DNA of 29,255 bases, taken from a virus (lineage: Duplodnaviria > Caudoviricetes). The stretch covers positions 1 to 29,255 of the IMG/VR virus record IMGVR_UViG_3300021963_000493; one strand, 5' to 3'. A program made the translations under genes and the position numbers. The notes under the pieces are model-generated. The model had not been told where the DNA came from. It made no database searches and was given only the letters and a program-made list of their open reading frames with translations. Positions 26,121-29,255 of the stretch are shown one piece after another (the stretch's first letter is position 1; each line of letters begins with the position of its first letter).

Positions 26121-27027
26121 CACAAATTGTGGCGCGATGAGCATGCCATAATACAGCTACTATCATTAAGCCGACTACTAAACCTATTACCCACATCGGA
26201 ACCATTATAGCTACATAAGCTAAACCAAAAGCTGCTAAACACACTCCAAAGAACGTTACGCTCTTTAAAAGTACCCCAAGGATTAAAAATAGTATTCCGA
26301 CGCCCACTAATGCTTTAATCATATACCCGAGCATTTCTTGTCTTTGAGCTTCTCGTGCTAGCTTAACTTTGTCGGCAGTATCTTTAGCGATACGCTCAAT
26401 CTCAGTTTTTCTATCAGCTTCTAATCTTTCAATAGTTTGTTTATTAGCTGCTCTTAGAGTGTCTTTTTCTTTCTCTTTAATTAAAATAAGAGCTTCAGCT
26501 GCATCTAATGCGGCTTTCTGCTTAACCGCTAGATCAATATTTGCTTTATACTTTATATAAAGCTGGTCAATAGTTTTAGTTTTTTCTATATCTAGTTCGT
26601 CTTTAATTTTTTCTTTTTGCTCTTCAGTGAGTTTATCTCCGCGCATCATAATTTCTTTAGAACGTAAATGAGCGATAGTGGTGTTAATATCTATCTTTTT
26701 CTTTTCTTGAGTTATTTCATATACCCCATAATTTAATTGACTGATTACATTAAAATTTTCATTGTCTTTTTTGGTTCGATCATCATATACTTTCTGTAGA
26801 TCTTCTCTAAATTTAGCATAATCTAGTTCCATTTTTTTACGAGCTTCTTCTACTTTTTTATCAGCATCAGTTATTTGTTTAACATTTTCATTTACCTTTT
26901 GGGCGGCGACTACTGAGCCAGTACTACCGTTAGCTAAGCTCTTCCATTGTTCAGGCCACTTTACGTTAGGAAACATTGAACAACCAGTGAGTAAAAGACA
27001 CATTAAACTTAGATATACATAACGCAT
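26059..27027 (-). CDS. Lipoprotein with a long coiled coil and C-terminal TM helices (spanin-like topology)
   Basis: Lipobox LLTG|C16, ~200-aa K/E helical region, ~60-aa hydrophobic block. Confidence 0.85.
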   Translation of the reverse strand: MRYVYLSLMCLLLTGCSMFPNVKWPEQWKSLANGSTGSVVAAQKVNENVKQITDADKKVEEARKKMELDYAKFREDLQKVYDDRTKKDNENFNVISQLNYGVYEITQEKKKIDINTTIAHLRSKEIMMRGDKLTEEQKEKIKDELDIEKTKTIDQLYIKYKANIDLAVKQKAALDAAEALILIKEKEKDTLRAANKQTIERLEADRKTEIERIAKDTADKVKLAREAQRQEMLGYMIKALVGVGILFLILGVLLKSVTFFGVCLAAFGLAYVAIMVPMWVIGLVVGLMIVAVLWHAHRATICATVKHKAQLSAQLLRESPPQ

Positions 27028-27032
27028 AACTA

Positions 27033-27038
27033 TATTTA
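27033..27038 (-). promoter_or_regulatory. Late-type promoter TAAATA
   Basis: 5 nt before the ATG at 27027. Confidence 0.5.
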
Positions 27039-27039
27039 C

Positions 27040-27249
27040 CTAAGCATCAGTTTTTCTGTAGTAATTAATAATCTTTTGAAGATCGGGGCGACAGAGCGCG
27101 CACTTTTCAGCACAGCACATATACCTCTGAAGATGCTCTATAGTGTTAATGCTCTTTATGTTACGGATTAATGAGCATACTTCGCTATAAGATACATTAT
27201 AGCACACACAGTAGGTACCTACTAACTGTTTTTTAAGGGCGTCGTCCAT
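27040..27249 (-). CDS. Bfd-like [2Fe-2S]-binding protein
   Basis: C-x-C-x-x-V ... C-x3-C-x2-C-x-P-x-L-x2-I pattern (CVCYNV...CAEKCALCRPDLQKII). Confidence 0.75.
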   Translation of the reverse strand: MDDALKKQLVGTYCVCYNVSYSEVCSLIRNIKSINTIEHLQRYMCCAEKCALCRPDLQKIINYYRKTDA

Positions 27250-27403
27250 TTAATACAAATACATTTACATATACCCTTCGTAGTAATATATTGTATTCTC
27301 TTTCAGAGTAACAAAAATGACGGTCTCCCCACACGTCATAATAACCGTAAGGGTCATTAGGATAGCGTGTGAGTAAAGAGTTTAAATCGGTTATATTAAA
27401 CAT
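27233..27403 (-). CDS. Small hypothetical protein
   Basis: 56-aa ORF overlapping the RNR stop and the Bfd-like start, filling the gap. Confidence 0.5.
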   Translation of the reverse strand: MFNITDLNSLLTRYPNDPYGYYDVWGDRHFCYSEREYNILLRRVYVNVFVLNGRRP

Positions 27404-29253
27404 GCTCCACCTGCACATGCTTGACCTGCTAATGTAGTTGCATCAACAAATGTCTCGTTTATTTCTTTAACCTCGCCCCACTCAATAATTTTATGAGTGC
27501 GTTTAATATCGAGCCATCTTTTCCATAACCAAACATGCTTAAGGCAATAGGTCATTTTGCGAATATCCCCCTCGAAATAACGTTCTGCGAATTGAGTGGC
27601 TCTACGTACAAACTCTTTTTTATCTTCTTGACCTGCGTTATTGTAATTCTCTCTATGAAAGAGTACTGCGCTGGAAGCATCCCAAAGATTGTCGTTAAAT
27701 GCTCTTAGACCGTCAACAATAAGGCCTGAGGCTAAAATAGCAGCATCCCCATAGGTCTCGGCAATTTCTTTTGCATTTAAAATAGTGCAAAGTGGGGCCT
27801 GAACATAGTCTAGATCTCCTGAGGAGGATAGTAAAGATATACCAGCAAACCACTGACGGTTCCTATAGATATAATCTCTTACCTCGTCCCATTCCTCGGG
27901 GCGTACTGTAATAGTATTACTTACATTATGACGTAGCTCAGGCATTACACAAAGATCTTTATTAGTGCCAGACTCTACCCAATTTTGTTGAGTGAGTTTA
28001 ACTTTGTCGAGTAACTCAACCGCGCTTAAATGGTTCTTTACAATAGCACCTTTAGGCACCTCGCAAAGGAATGTAACTACTACGTCTGTACCAGAAGCAC
28101 TCCAAGCAGACTTTTCTACGGCTTCTGGATTAGTTTGCTTGTAGATCTGAGCAGGAAATTCATTACGATTTGCTTGAACCCGGCGCATATAACGATGAGC
28201 ATGATGAGGATGAACCCCACTAGCAGTACCTAGAACACAGGATGTAGTACCGGCAGGTTTTACACAGGTTGTACGCGCTGCAGGGTTAATACCGATAAGC
28301 TTGGCGATCTTTTTGTTCATCTTCTTGATCTCCTGCGCGCCTTTGCGTTGAATATCTGGCGCAAGAAGAATATCAGGGTTATCCATAATACCTGTAATCG
28401 AACAACCGAGAAGAGCTTCTCTTTCAGTAATCTCTTTGGTTTCCTTACTGACATACTTAAAATTACTATAACCAGCTTGCATCGTTCCAATTACTGCTGA
28501 GGCCCGGCATGCCTGTAAAAACTTCTCTTCAGTGTCGCAATAGCGGCCATTAATCTCGGTAAGATTACAGAACTGCCAGCCAGAGCGGCCATCCTCGGTT
28601 TGAGGGTATAAACCAATTTCTACACAGGGGTTATAGCCGCAGTCCTCAGAATCGGCAAAGACGAATCCAGGCTCTCCGAATTGCTTAGTCGATTCAATTA
28701 ATGCATCAAACTCTGCCTTGGTGACATCTTTCTTTACAAGTAAAACAGAATTGTTTGATCTGCCGCGTTGTGGGTTCTCCTCGAACCAGTTGCCTGTTTT
28801 AGCTGCTAACATTTCAGCGTCGTCTTTACTAAACAAGCAAATAGTAGCAGAACGACGCACACCACCTGATAGAACCGCGTTACTGCAATGCATAATAATA
28901 TCATACACATCAATAGGGCGTAGTTCAGCAATATCTTTATTTTGAAGACGACTTGTAATAACTTTACGTGCGCGGTTAAGAGAGTCAGCTAATCCATTAG
29001 GGCCTGGAGCCTTAAATTGACCAGCAATTAATGCTCCTTCCGGTCTGATATTTGAGAAATCGAATTCAATGTCATACCCGAAATAATCAGGCATGGTGGG
29101 CTTTAAGAAGAAAGAAGACATTAACACGCCAACACAGTCAGCCCAGCCCTCAATACTATCTTCAGGCTTATATACCTTTTTACCTTTTGTGGTCGCAGCA
29201 ACTTTAGGTAATTTCTTAACATGTTTATGTTGTACACTAAATCCAACACCGCA
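27391..29253 (-). CDS. nrdJ: Class II (adenosylcobalamin-dependent) ribonucleotide reductase, 5'-partial
   Basis: Frame is open to the window edge; CGVGFSV, DSIEGWAD, GGVRRSA, GYNPCVEI, FCNLTEIN, TCVKPAGT and C-terminal CAGGAC motifs. Confidence 0.93.
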   Translation of the reverse strand, partial: CGVGFSVQHKHVKKLPKVAATTKGKKVYKPEDSIEGWADCVGVLMSSFFLKPTMPDYFGYDIEFDFSNIRPEGALIAGQFKAPGPNGLADSLNRARKVITSRLQNKDIAELRPIDVYDIIMHCSNAVLSGGVRRSATICLFSKDDAEMLAAKTGNWFEENPQRGRSNNSVLLVKKDVTKAEFDALIESTKQFGEPGFVFADSEDCGYNPCVEIGLYPQTEDGRSGWQFCNLTEINGRYCDTEEKFLQACRASAVIGTMQAGYSNFKYVSKETKEITEREALLGCSITGIMDNPDILLAPDIQRKGAQEIKKMNKKIAKLIGINPAARTTCVKPAGTTSCVLGTASGVHPHHAHRYMRRVQANRNEFPAQIYKQTNPEAVEKSAWSASGTDVVVTFLCEVPKGAIVKNHLSAVELLDKVKLTQQNWVESGTNKDLCVMPELRHNVSNTITVRPEEWDEVRDYIYRNRQWFAGISLLSSSGDLDYVQAPLCTILNAKEIAETYGDAAILASGLIVDGLRAFNDNLWDASSAVLFHRENYNNAGQEDKKEFVRRATQFAERYFEGDIRKMTYCLKHVWLWKRWLDIKRTHKIIEWGEVKEINETFVDATTLAGQACAGGACLI

Positions 29254-29255
29254 CC

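Noticed and set aside
27391-29253. Intein or intron in the RNR
   Set aside because: The visible part is continuous, motif spacing looks normal and no splicing motifs are evident
1-29255. Stop-codon reassignment
   Set aside because: Conserved genes are intact in the standard code; TAA, TAG and TGA all end plausible genes; the only tRNA is not a suppressor

Overview
AT-rich segment of a large T4-like (myovirus-type) phage genome; the standard genetic code gives clean, densely packed ORFs. From left to right: (1) small accessory genes, a tRNA-Leu(UAA), a multi-pass coiled-coil membrane protein and a pyrimidine-dimer glycosylase-like gene (1-5.6 kb). (2) A ~17 kb minus-strand baseplate/fibre cluster (gp25, gp6, then PKD-, LamG- and NHL-type proteins) carrying swappable-looking modules: Pro/Thr mucin-like stalks, three 4-Cys domains of ~60 aa, an InlB-B-like repeat and a ~250 aa (Ser-Gly-Tyr/Ile)n repeat. 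(3) Clamp loader, dUTPase, probable small terminase, a lipoprotein/coiled-coil/TM protein with unimolecular-spanin-like topology, a Bfd-like [2Fe-2S] protein and a partial class II ribonucleotide reductase. Late-type TAAATA boxes lie 5-9 nt before many start codons with no Shine-Dalgarno, suggesting near-leaderless translation; two of them feed tiny uORFs coupled to the main gene. All calls come from motif recognition by eye; no searches were run.
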